From Vezdaea acicularis (taxonomy: Eukaryota): a DNA stretch of 40,513 nucleotides. The DNA lies in NCBI GenBank assembly GCA_026025075.1, contig JAPEUI010000134.1:1-40513 (forward strand), read 5' to 3'. A program made the position numbers and the translations under genes. This document shows, piece after piece, positions 12,353 to 24,609 of this stretch; position 1 is the stretch's first letter, and each line of letters starts with the position of its first letter. The notes under the pieces are model-generated. The model searched no databases. It was not told the DNA's origin and saw only the letters and a list, made by a program, of their open reading frames with translations.

Positions 12353-15300
12353 TTACAATCCTTGTACTTTCCGGTAGCTAGGGGGCTTTAAAGTCCTCCT
12401 CAGCAGCTTCGCAGCATACGGCGGAATCAAGGAAATTGCCGAAATCGCCACAACTCGCCATAAGAAACCCAAAGTGATAACGTATTCAAGATCAAAATAC
12501 CTTCCGAGGAAAGGTACGCTGCCGAAATAGACCAACGCCGTGCCAATGAGTGAGAAAATCATCAACGGATGCCACGTCGTAATTTCAAACGCCACCATAA
12601 TGAGCTCGTTGATGACGAGCACTGTGAAGCTTACTGCCACCATTCGACGTCCGCTAACCTCAACCAAGATCTGTGACAGCCCCTGAATAATGCCGCCTTG
12701 ATATATTGATACAAAAACCCAGATAAAGAACGTACGGTAGCTGAGGGAGCGTCCTTCTGTAAGTTCTCGGTACAATTCTGGGTAAAGGTTTGCAAGCCCT
12801 TCATCCACATCTTTGTCGAGGACTAGAGAGAAGACGGGGGCCATGGTATATATGGTGGCATATCCCACCAAAAGCCAATCCTGGAGCATGGGTTAGTGGC
12901 AAATCAATAAACAGGACCTCGCCTACAACTGACCTTGTATAGTGCGTTTGGCTCAAACTCACTAGCAATGCTGAACATGGTCTGACAAACGCTGATAATC
13001 AGACCCCTGTGGATGACGAACTGCGCAAGCTTGGCGCTCCTCTTATAGCTGTTCCGACCGTGCCACACAAGAAGTTTTGTGAGGTGATAAAACTGTTCTA
13101 TAGAAAAGTCGGCGGCAAGACTGGCTTGTCTTCCCTCTTTCCCGACAATCCCAACGCCAACATCTGCCGCCTGAATCATTGAAACATCATTACCACCGTC
13201 ACCGATGCAACACACCCGCTTTTTGGTGTGTTTGCGAATGAGCTTCGCCACTTCGGCCTTCTGTGTTGGAGAGCAGCGGCAGGCTACGACGGAGGGTAAG
13301 CGGACCGCCATAGATATAAAAGCGTCAGAAAAATGTGTGAGAAATAAAGCTAATGATTCCCCGTCTATCAGCAGACAAGCATCTGTTTTGCTTTGGAGAA
13401 TGTCCAGTGAGTCTTGAGCCAAGTCCTTGCGTTTTACTGTTGAATGATTAGTCTTTACCCAGAAGGGATTCCTGAAGTTCTCATACATTTTGCTATTGTA
13501 TGCACGTACTGGCCACGTGCTACGAGCTTTGCACTGACAGCCACACACCGTGCCGTCTCGACTTTGTCGCCGGTCAGCATCCAAATCTTGATTCCAGCGT
13601 TTCGTAAGAGCTCTAAAGAAGGTTTGACAGCTTTTTGGAGCTTATCCTCTACTCCAGTGACGCCGAGGAGCTCCAAATCTCGTTCGAGAAAATCCTTGAT
13701 TACACGAAACATTCCAGCTTCTCGACCTTGAAGAGACATCGAGGCATTTTTATATTCCGAAGTGAAATCTTCATAGTGCTGGGCAGAGAGCCTTTTCCGG
13801 CCTACAACAAGCGTTCGAAGCCCTTCTCGAGCCATATTTGCAGTCTCTTCATCAAGCCAGTCATTAGCAGAGACGATCGATGACATCACCGCATCAGCCC
13901 CTTTCTGGTAGAACCAGATCTCGCTGGCCGCCTTGTTGGTGCCGCTTTCCAGAGTTGATGTTTCTGAGCCCTGTACAAATTTTACAATGACTCCCATACG
14001 CTTGCTATCAGATGTGAAAGGAAAGATATCCAGTATTTGGACCCTGACGACTACCCTGCCAGTTTCAACGGATTGTAAGGTCATGCTCTTACGATCTCGA
14101 TGGACGAGACGGAGTCCCACATTTTCTACCCAACGAATTATGGCGATTTCGTCTGGGGAGGAAGCTTGATATGTCGTGAGCTTCTTGCCATCTTCGTCCA
14201 CCTCCGAGGTTGGTGTTACATTATGGCATAGTGCTAAGGCTAGGACAATGTCTCGAACCCGAGAACCGATCTCACGACGGGTTCTGGTTCCAGTAGTAGC
14301 TGCAGTTGAGGTTACAAAAACAGATGAAGGTGTAACTAGTGTTGAGGGTTCATTGACATTGGCTGGTCCCAAAAAGGAGAATCCTTGGCGAATGTATGAC
14401 GCAACCTCATCCATTGCTTCGTTCGCATAAGATACTGTTCCGACGTGTATCTTCTTCAATTCCATTTCGTTTTGTGTTAGTGTGCCAGTCTTATCAGTCA
14501 GTAGATATTCCACTCTGCCCAACTCCTCCGGAATCGTGCTTGTCCTGACCAGGGCGCCTTTGATGCCTTGATCGCGTTCAATGAACCAGGCATAAACTGT
14601 CTTCCCCATGTCCAAATTCACACGAAGACTGATTGGTATGATTGTCGAGAAAAGGACCAAGAACCGCATGATAGCGACATACCATTTTCGTTCTGGCGTA
14701 GACTCAAACCCTTCCAGACCAACAAGTATAATAGATATCGAGAGTGTCAAAATACACAAGATTTTGGTGAGAGCATTGATCTCGTATTCCAGAAGACCAG
14801 TCTTCGACCTAGATGGCGATGTAGAGAGTGCTTGTCTTGTTTCACGCCCGGTGTAGACCACAACAGCAAATATTGTTGAATTTGACGCAAGGACGGTATT
14901 TGCCCATGCCGTATTATCTATGCTGAGTGGCGCAGACTTAGTATTGTTAGAATCAAAACTTTCTTGTCTTAGAGGTTGCTCATTCTCTGTACGGTCGAGC
15001 CCTTTTCTTTTACTAATGTAGTTATCGCGCATGGAAGCTGGCGCTGAGAGGAGCTCTACAATACCGACGAAGTCATTGACCCTTTTGTCTGGTTTACCGG
15101 TGGTGATAAGAAGTTTGTTTAATTCTCTAAGATTGAGGGTCTGAGTTAATGGCGATGCGATCCTCAATTTCCAATCGGTCTCTCCATCTAACTGATCTGT
15201 GCGAATGAAAGTCTCGCCAGCTCCGTCTGCTTCCATGACCGTCGGTGATGCTGTCGATAGTTGGTTATGTTCACTGTTACCTCTAGAAGATAGCATGTTG

Positions 15301-16553
15301 TTGTTGTTGTTGGCCGTAGAGTTGATGTCTGTGCTTGTCGACGCCCCCAAAATTGTTGGATTCAGGTCACCCTGCCCTTCCAGAGGCACAGCCACTGATG
15401 CTACTTCGTTGGTCAAACTTTTCAATATTACAACGTCTGCTGGTACCCTTTGATCTTTTCCCATCTTTAGGATATCGCCGACTTTAAGATCTCTCGATTT
15501 CTTAGTGATTTCAGACACAAACGCGGTATCGACCGAAGAATCGAGGCTTAGCGCGTTTCCGTGCTCAATCCTGGCGTTTTGTTCGAGAGAGGCGGAGGTA
15601 TCAGATGTTCTTCTTCTCTCCCGGCCCGGTTTCGTTGTTAGTAGGGGGTTGTCTATTCTGATAACCGTATAACTCTCAGCATTGGCTTCTCGATCCCTTC
15701 GTCGACGGCTAAGGTCGTCAAAGGCCTCCTTGCCAAGAGTAACAGATAGGACGAAGGCTAGGGGCACGATGTAGGTTGACAGATAGCCTATTCGTAAAGC
15801 TGGTATTATCTGTGACAGTGCAACTAGTAGGAAGTATAGATTGAAAAAGAAGGAAAACTCGTTGTATAAAGTTAAAGGAAGAAAATTCCACGAAGTATAC
15901 TTTGCATTTGAGATAGCGTTCGGTGGAAATCGATCGGACTGAGCACTTCCGACCGAAATGAGGCGCGTAGACGCAGGATCACGTTCAGCTTCTCCCTCTA
16001 CTTCATCCCCACGCTCTATGACTTCGCGTGCTGGATTTGATTGAGAGACTCCTGACATAAAGCTCAGCAGTCTGGCCCTAGTCCCTAGCGTCGAAGCGCC
16101 CGTATCTTCTTCCATCTTACGTCTACCCCTTCCAGGAGGTTCCTGATGTAATAGTGGCGCGTTATCATCGAAACTTCCCATGCTTTCAGTAGTATTTCGC
16201 CTCGTGCTCTGATTGTAGTTGTCATCTAGTAAGCCGTCCAGATTATCTGAATCCTCTACATGGGCACCTTCCAGGCCATCTCGTTCTCGCGCCGTGGAGG
16301 TAGTGCCCCGCATGCCAGTGGTACGTAGGCTCCGCAAAGCGATCCGACCCCTTCTCTGTTGCCGGAGACGCCGTTCTTCTCGAGATCTTCGTAGCTGCTG
16401 CAGCGACGCATCGGACTTGGAGGCATTCGAAGTGCTCACGGGATCAAGCTCTTCCAAATCTAGCTCAAGGTCGGAGCCAGAGTCGTCTGATTGGACTTCG
16501 AGCGGACCTGGTCGGTGGTATTGATATGGTGAAGACATCCCCCCCCGGAGCAT
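12353..16553 (-). CDS. neo1: P4-type ATPase phospholipid flippase Neo1 (ATP9 class), 3 exons
   Basis: DGETDWK actuator motif, PISLRVNLD, phosphorylation site DKTGTLTQN, TGDK and GDGGNDVSMIQ. Introns 13486-13437 and 12933-12881. C-terminus ...PPSYRKVQGL. The start is 16553 or 16538. Confidence 0.95.
15297..15312 (-). repeat. (AAC)n microsatellite encoding NNNNN in a Neo1 insertion loop
   Basis: gttgttgttgttgttg on the + strand. Confidence 0.7.
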
Positions 16554-16878
16554 ATGCGAGGGAGCTGATGTTAGAGGAGCGCATAAGCTAGCACATGATA
16601 TATCATAAACTCTGGTGGTACTTGCTACTCATTTTTACGAGAAAAATAGACCAACGGAAGCCTGTTGCACCGTGGACTATTAGGTGGCTCCTTGACCACT
16701 CGAGCCGGCGCACGTGATCCCAAATTCTCCAGAAGCGATACGTAGATATTTCTCCGCAGCTCCTAGATAACGGACTGTTCCACCGACACGTTTCGGGAGA
16801 CGCAATATGGTTGAGGTCGCCGTAATTCCCTTTGCTATGTCTCTAGTTTTTGTTTCCCGGCGATGCTTTGAATTCTAG

Positions 16879-16989
16879 GTAAGTCCTCCCTTTCTCCTAA
16901 AGTCGGGGGAAGTGACTGGCCTTATTACTCCTGACACCTGAATAAAGGAGATAGACCACGTCGCAACAACCGAAGCTGACTGTCGGCAG
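16879..16989 (+). other. Probable 5'UTR intron of sec16
   Basis: Consensus donor AG|GTAAGT at 16879, branch site GCTGAC at 16975 and acceptor GCAG ending at 16989, 28 nt before ATG 17018. Confidence 0.6.
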
Positions 16990-17017
16990 CATTTCGTTCT
17001 CTCATACTTGGAGGAAC

Positions 17018-20000
17018 ATGGAAGGGAGTCTTTACAATAGTAATGAGGAGATGAACCTCTCCTCGATAGATGGCACAGTCGCATGGAATCCTGCCCTACG
17101 ACCAGACTCCGAGAACCCAGTGCCTGGAGATGCACCCCCTCCTTTCAACCATCATATCAAAGAAATCAGTCACGCACCTTCGCAGTCGTTTGCGCGGACT
17201 GTTTCTCACGATATGACGTGGGCGGACGACGAAGAGCTCGATTCTATCTGGGACTCGGCTCAAAAAGGACCGCAACCTTCGGAATATGCACCTCGAAGTC
17301 CCCAAGCGAATGATGGAGTGGGTACCGGCGTAGCTTTACTCAGCAATACAGCTGTCCCTGAACCTACAGCACCTTCAGGTGTAGTGAACGGTTCTTCTAC
17401 CGCGACCAAGGCAAACAACCACGTGCGTCTCAGCCATCATGAAGAAGATTTGGCAGCGAAGTGGGCCGCGGTTTTGGAAGATGAAGAGTTCCTCGATGAA
17501 GATGAGGAGATAGCGCAAGGCGCAGATGAGAAGCCCCTCTCACTCGTACAGGAGGGAGGTGCAGGCCAGGCCAACCCCCTTGGCTTTGGGGAAGCAGTCG
17601 GCCAAACCTCAGAATTAGACCCTGCAATATTTTTCGGAGAAGATGAAGAAGGGTTCCTTGAAGATGGAGATATACCTGGGAGCGCTCACGACATTCAAAA
17701 TCACCAATTACATTCTAACGCTGATTCGATGCTCGACGCTCAGGGACAAACAAAACAGTCCAGCGATTCAATAAGAGATGAGAGAACGGACTTGATACGG
17801 CCTGGAATTGCCTCAGGTACCTACTCCACGACCTCAGCTCGGCCAGTGGAGTCCCTAGGTAATCCTTACCTTCCTTCAAACGCGCAGCCTTCAAGCGCAT
17901 CGTCAAATACTCAATACTCCCCGCAACAACCGGTGCAGAACATGTCGACTGCCAATGCCTACTTTCACCCTGTCAACAGTAATACTTCAATCTACGGATA
18001 TAGCCAGCCCACAGCGTCTCAGCCGAGTAGACCTGAGATTTCAAAAGCGCAAAGTTTTGCCGATAAGTCTAAGGGGGGGTATGCCTCACCGTACGACCTA
18101 CCTATGGATGTGACAAGACCACGAAAACGTCAAAGCGTACAGCAGCTTGTAGGGACACATCGGAATCATGTTGCGCAACGGCAAGGACCACTTCCCCCAC
18201 GAAGTGCAAGCATGTCCACCGATCAGAACCCGCTCTCTGGCCCTCCAGCGCCCCAGGTCCTCTCGAGAGGTCCAACATCGAATATCTTACCTGCGGACGC
18301 CCTGAATTCAAACGCTCAGCTACCTATGGCAGCTATCTCAATATCCTCGACAAAAACGCTTAAGTCAAAGCCTAGTTTCTTCGAGGATCTGCCGGTCACA
18401 GTGAAACCAAAGCATAGTGCTGCACACGGCCGAACTGCATCTCCTCAGGCCTTTCCCACTGCTCCAACGAGTAGGCCACCTTTCGATTACCCCGCACCAA
18501 ACCATATAGAGGCCCCAACAGCGCATTCTCAATCAAGCTCGTTAGAGGATGTTACTCTTCAACTTCAAGCTCCTCCTAGAGTAAGTCCCTATTCGGTACC
18601 CCCACCATTAAACTCCAGTGCGGTCCCTGGTACCACCACAGCCTCAAGATATTCGCCAGCACCAAACCCGCTATCGGGGACTAGTATTTCTCAGCAGAGA
18701 TACGCGACTCCCCCTTCAAGTGCCCCTCCCGCAACTAAGCTGCCACATCAACCGCGCACTTCTAGCCCTCTGGCACACTCCAATAAAGCATCAAGTATAC
18801 AAGGGCAATCAGAACGTGAAAAGCGTCCCGAGGAATTTGAGTACCCGAAGCATGAGTCTGTGCGCTCGGAAGACGATTCTCAGGAAGGATATCAAAACTC
18901 AAGAGCCATCGAAGCTCATCGACTTGTGCAAAGTGAAGATAGCTTGAACCAGCGGAATACAGACCAGTCGTCACAACCCCAGGCTTCTCGTGATTTGCAC
19001 GCCCCTACCAATCGCTATTCACCAATACCTGGTGGCGCTGCACCTGTAGCTTTACCTTTCCAATCTATGTCGTCACTCGCTCAAGCACCGCCCAGACGCT
19101 CCTCGCAATATGCTCCGTCGCCTTTGCATACACAGTCCTCCTCAGATGAAGGGTTCATTCCTCCGAGACGATCACAAACACAATCACCAAGTGCTCTGAA
19201 AAAGTCCGGGCCAATTATGACCATACAAGAACAATCACAGCGACCTGCTTCTGCACATCATCCTACCTCTCCGAGGCTTAGCATACACTCCCAAAGCATA
19301 GCCATGAACGAAGGACCAACTGGAGCAAGGGCACGAGCGTTTTCACAAAGTTTAGAGTATGTGGTACCCAATGACGAGAGGCAATCAGATCCCCTTCAAA
19401 GATGGAGAGGTTGCCCTATCTTCATTTGGGGATTTGGAGGGACAGTTGTCACATCATTCCCACAAGAGATTCCTATGTATAGTGGTGGCCAAACTGTTCC
19501 CAAATTGAGATGCGTGCTTGGGGAAGTCAAGATTAAGAAATCACAAACTATAATTCCTCTCGAGGACCACATTACAAAGTTCCCAGGCCCGTTACGTGGA
19601 AAGGGCAAGAAGAAGGAGCTGATAACATGGCTAAATGGTCGTATCGAAATGCTCGAACGAGAGATCCCAGCATTCAAGACGTCTGCATCTTCTCCAGATA
19701 GTCTAGGTGAGAAGATATTACTGTGGAAGGTTATCTGCTTGATGGTAGAGAACGACGGCGTCCTGGAAGGGTCACCAAAAGTCGATTCTGCCGTACGTAA
19801 GCTTTTGTCTCCGGATCTCGAGACAGAGTCACAATCCATAGATCCGATTGCGACAAGCTTAAGTCAGAGCTTAGACGAGTTGAGGTTGCAGAGAGAGCCC
19901 GTCAGTATAGATGTCACTCAGCAGCTACGTCATTTACTTCTCCGTGGCGAGAGAGAAAAAGCAGTGTGGTATGCCGCCGACCAGCGACTATGGGCTCACG

Positions 20001-22338
20001 CAATGCTCATCTCCTCTACTCTAAGTCAGGATACCTGGAAGCGCGTTTGCTCTGAGTTCGTGCAGAAAGAGATTCAAATGCCAGCCTCAAATGCAGAATC
20101 ATTTGCAGCACTCTATGAAGTTTTTGCTGGCAACTCGGAGGAAAGCATAGACAAGCTCGTCCATCCGACAGCACGTCTAGGTCAACAATTGCTCACAATG
20201 CCGCCTGCTCTAGGTGTTCAGCCCAAGAATCCTCTAGATGGACTGAATAAGTGGAGAGAATCTCTCGGACTAATCTTGAGCAACCGCACCGCTGATGACA
20301 GTAAAGCAATCCATGCGCTTGGGAAACTACTTGCAGAATTTGGCCGTGTTGAAGCAGCTCACGTCTGCTTTATATTTGGACGGGGAAATTCTCAATTTGG
20401 TGCTGCGGGGGACCCACAAACAGACTTCATCCTTGTTGGCAGCGACGAAACTAGTCTGTCGTCTACACTTGCAAGAGATATAGAGCCAATCATACTGAGT
20501 GAAGTATACGAGTTCGCTCTGTCTCTTTCTGGAGTACCAAACGCTTCAAAGGTCCCGCATCTCCAAATATACAAATTACATCATGCCTTGACATTGGCCG
20601 AAAACGGGTTCCGCTCCGAGGCGCAGCAGTATTGTGCAGCCATATCTAGCACAGCGAGGTCTTTCCCCTATCAAGATGGCTTATTTTTAAGTGGTTTAGA
20701 CGATCTCACCGTAAGACTTCAGAACTCTGCTAAGGACGGATCGTCCTCGTGGGTATCAAAACCTAGTATGGAAAAGGTATCGGGAGCCTTCTCCGCTAAA
20801 TTCTACAGCTTCATCGCAGGCGATGAAAGCGATGCCGCATCTACGGGCTCCGGGAGGGAAGCTGATGTTGGCCCTTTTGCAAAGATCGCCGGGAGCACAC
20901 CGGAAATAAGCCGAAATCCATCGAACAGCGATCTGTATGGCACGTATGTGTCTAGTGGAGGCTCGAAATATAATACTGGCAGACAATCCCCTTCGAAGGC
21001 CCAGCCGAGCTCAAGATACGCTCCTTCTAGTGTTCCGGTGCCATTTCAGCAGAACCCGCCGACGTCGGAATCGCAAAACCATTTCCCCGCTGATCTTCAT
21101 GATCCTCCTATGGGTTTAGGTCTCGACACTAGCCAGCCCTATAATCCGCTTCAAGTACAAGCTGTAGGAAGCTACACAGTGCCTGACTATTCTACAAATT
21201 CATTCCAGCCCCAACAGGGCATGCCCCAGGAACCAAATCCTTACACCCCGATCACGTCCACGTCAAGGCCTACCTCTTCGCCTTCCAACAGCTATCAGCC
21301 AGTTCAAGCGGTAGAATTTGCTTCTAGATTTGGTCCTAGCCAATCTTACTCTCCAACTAAAGACCACGAACCTCTACAGCGAAGTGCCGGCTATAAGCCT
21401 CAAGCTCATGCCAACGATCTCGATCAAATATCGAAGTTCGAGGCTGTATCGTCATATGGAGCCCCTTCATATGAGCCGTATAACTCTGAGCAGCAGCACG
21501 GAGGCTACTCCCCCCCAACAGACAATATTCAAGCATTCAAGGACGATGACAGAGAGGAAGCTTCCTCCGACGCTGTCAACGAGAAGACTAAAGCAGAGAA
21601 AGATAGGGAAGCGGAGGAAAATTTCAAGCGGGCAGCCGAAGCCGATGGTATGTACTCGACTCTGATAGCTTGAAAAATAGCTAACCTGAACATCAGCCAA
21701 GAAAGATTCCGGTTCCGGGGATAAAAAAGGATGGTTCGGCGGCTGGTTTGGCAAGAAGGACCCTAACGCAGCGCCTCCCGCAATCAAAGCAAAGCTTGGC
21801 GAAGAGAATTCCTTCTATTATGATCCGGATCTCAAGAAATGGGTCAATAAAAAGGTACAGCTTTTCGCTCCTATATACTTTTGATTGAAGAGGCTGATAA
21901 TTCCTATTCTTGCAGAGCGGCCCTACTGCGACAGCTGCATCTGCCACACCGCCTCCACCCAAAGGCCCCTCGCTCAGAACAGTTAGTGGGCCGCCATCCA
22001 TGAAGTCACAACCTACATCGAACCCGGTGGGAGGTTCAAGCTTGCCACCAAGAATGGACTCCGCACCCACTTTGAGCCACCTTACAGGGTTCGGCCAGGT
22101 ACCATCTGGCCCTCCGTCCGTTAACGGTTCAGGCGCTGGTACGCCTGCACGCTCAGAATCACCCTTGCCTACGCTGGCCCCTCCCTTTGGGGATGGATTA
22201 GCCCCACCGTCCCGACCAGGAACATCAATGAGTAACGCAAGCTCGATCGATGATCTTTTGGGCCCTGCACAAGGGCGAAAAGGCACAACGAAGAAGGGGA
22301 AGAAAGGCCGAGGGTATATAGACGTCATGGCGAAATAG
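17018..22338 (+). CDS. sec16: COPII coat assembly protein Sec16, 3 coding exons
   Basis: WNPALRP N-terminal motif, [67 protein letters not shown]. After introns 21648-21696 and 21855-21915 come [32 protein letters not shown] and ...RGYIDVMAK. The start could alternatively be 17051. Confidence 0.95.
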
Positions 22339-23419
22339 GAAAGCACATGACTATGGACACACCAGTGTCCCTGTACAAAAGATTAGAGGGAATCTGCATC
22401 AGCCGGCCTGTACCGTTATCTTCTTCTCTGTCTAATTTAGCGGCATCACCCTAGTAGCCCGAGCTTTACTTCTGGCTTAATTAATCGTATATACCAAGCT
22501 GCTATAGCTAGCGATTCTTCAATTATACTAATCAAGTGAAGGATAATTCTGATTACGTGTCACTAGCTGATGTGCTGAGCTTATTTACGAAGTCATTGAA
22601 TTAACCATAGAGAAAAGCATCACGCCTGTCATTCTATCGAAAGTGTACATGAAGAAGTGGGAGTACTGCTCTTGACCATACTCACATTTGACAGAATGCC
22701 ATCGCGGTGTCACTGTATGCGAGTATCCTATGAGAACTCGTTTGTGTTTTTGTAAAGGTTTTCTGGACCGGACGAGCTTGACGAGAAACGTAGATGGGTG
22801 CCCATGCTTGCCTCCCATATCAACCACCCCATCGGCTCGATCCTTCCGCACGTATCATGTTGCTTCGGTGTTTCTTCATGATTTTCCTCATAAAGACACT
22901 TGGACCTTGCTGTAGACTTGGATGTGATTATACAACTGACTGGGCGACGAGTTTGAGATAACAGATTGAGGTCTTCATTCTGAAGGAAGACAATTTCCCC
23001 ATTTTGTAGCGCTATGTAGTATGATCAACAGTCTCTGTAGGTCTAGAAGATCTTCAGCGCTTGATGCTGTGGCCTACGATATCATCTTGGTCGCATTTGG
23101 AACCTTGTACAAGGGTCGGATCTTCCTCATGTATCCTTCGCACACACTAGAGAAGTGACAACCCCCCTTTTAGCTCTCGAACTCAAAGTCAAAGGCATGC
23201 TAGAGAGTAGAACTTATAACCAAAATACTCCTTGATACCTCGCACGATATTCTAGTCGATCAGCATGGTTTCATGCTCAACGCACAATCTGAAGTAAGGC
23301 TGGCGAAGCTGTGAGCTCCGGACCTTTAAAGCTCGAGCATTTGCTGCAGTAATGTCAAGCTTGAGAGTGGTTAGTGGTCTCCGGATCCGCGGTTCCTGAA
23401 ATGGTCTGTTACACGACCA

Positions 23420-23447
23420 CCCCACCATGCCCCACCATGCCCCACCA
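23420..23447. repeat. Three 10-bp tandem units (CCCCACCATG x2 plus CCCCACCA)
   Basis: ccccaccatg ccccaccatg ccccacca directly upstream of the HAD phosphatase. Confidence 0.8.
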
Positions 23448-23513
23448 AACTAAATATCGTTCTCCATGATCACAAACGACCAAACCGCCAAAACACTTTT
23501 ATATTTTCCCATT

Positions 23514-24497
23514 ATGCCCCCACAGCCGCGGTACCTTACTGGCGATCTAGCCGCTATATCCTCTTTCATTGATACGTTCTCCACCTTCCTCTTCGATTGC
23601 GATGGTGTGCTTTGGTCGGGCGACCATCTCTTCCCAAATGTGGTCGAAACACTCGACCTCCTCCGTTCTAAGGGCAAACAAATCGTCTTCGTGACGAACA
23701 ATTCGACGAAGAGCCGCGCCGACTACAAGACCAAGCTTGATAGCATGGGGATACCGTCCAATGTGGTGCGCACTCCCCCTTCGACGCAACCGCTAGGCAG
23801 TGAATGGTTGTTGATTTGCGAAAGTCATTAGGATGAGATCTTTGGGAGTGCATACTCCTCTGCTATCTACATCTCTCGCATCCTCAAGCTGCCAGCGCCG
23901 CGCAACAAGGTCTTCGTACTCGGAGAAAGTGGCATTGAGACAGAGCTTGCATCGGAGGGGATAAGCTACATTGGAGGATCTGATAGTGCCTTCCGGCGCG
24001 ACATCCGGCAGGAGGATTACACCAATATCGCGGATGGCTCGGCCCTGGACCCTAATGTCGGCATTGTCCTCTCTGGCCTGGATTTCCATATCAATTACTT
24101 AAAACTCTCTCACGCATTGCATTATCTTAAACGGCCAGGTACTGTCTTTCTGGCGACCAATACGGACTCTACTCTCCCTTCCTCAGGCTCGCTGTTTCCA
24201 GGTGCGGGGAGTATTGGGATACCGCTGGTGAATATGACAGGTATTCAACCGGAGGTAATGGGCAAGCCGAGTCAGGCGATGATGGATGCGATTGAAGGGA
24301 AGTTCAAGGTTGACAGGGCGAAGACTTGTATGGTAGGGGATAGGTTGGACACAGATATTAGGTTTGGGATTGAGGGAAAGCTTGGAGGAACCTTAGCGGT
24401 CCTGACGGGGGTTAGTAAGAAAGAGGAATGGACCGTTGAAGGAGCCAAGGTAGTTCCGGCTTACTATGTCGATAAACTGGGCGATTTGATGGGGTGA
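23514..24497 (+). CDS. pho13: HAD-IIA 4-nitrophenyl/phosphoglycolate phosphatase (Pho13 family), 2 exons
   Basis: FLFDCDGVLWSG motif I, FVTNNSTKSR, ATNTD..PGAGS, GKPS and MVGDRLDTDIRFG..VLTGV. Intron 23766-23831. An in-frame ATG also exists at 23466. Confidence 0.93.
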
Positions 24498-24609
24498 TTA
24501 GACAATAGAAAGCCCTTAGACAACACAATAGATTACAAACCGAGATACAAAACGCCACAGCGCCTGACTCCCCCGATCCCCTCCTTTCCCTCGTCCCATA
24601 GCCCAGATC

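Noticed and set aside
13437..13486. Apparent frameshifts or split ORFs in neo1, pri2, ape4 and cdh1 as pseudogenisation
   Set aside because: Each break is explained by a canonical GT-AG intron with a branch site that restores conserved motifs.
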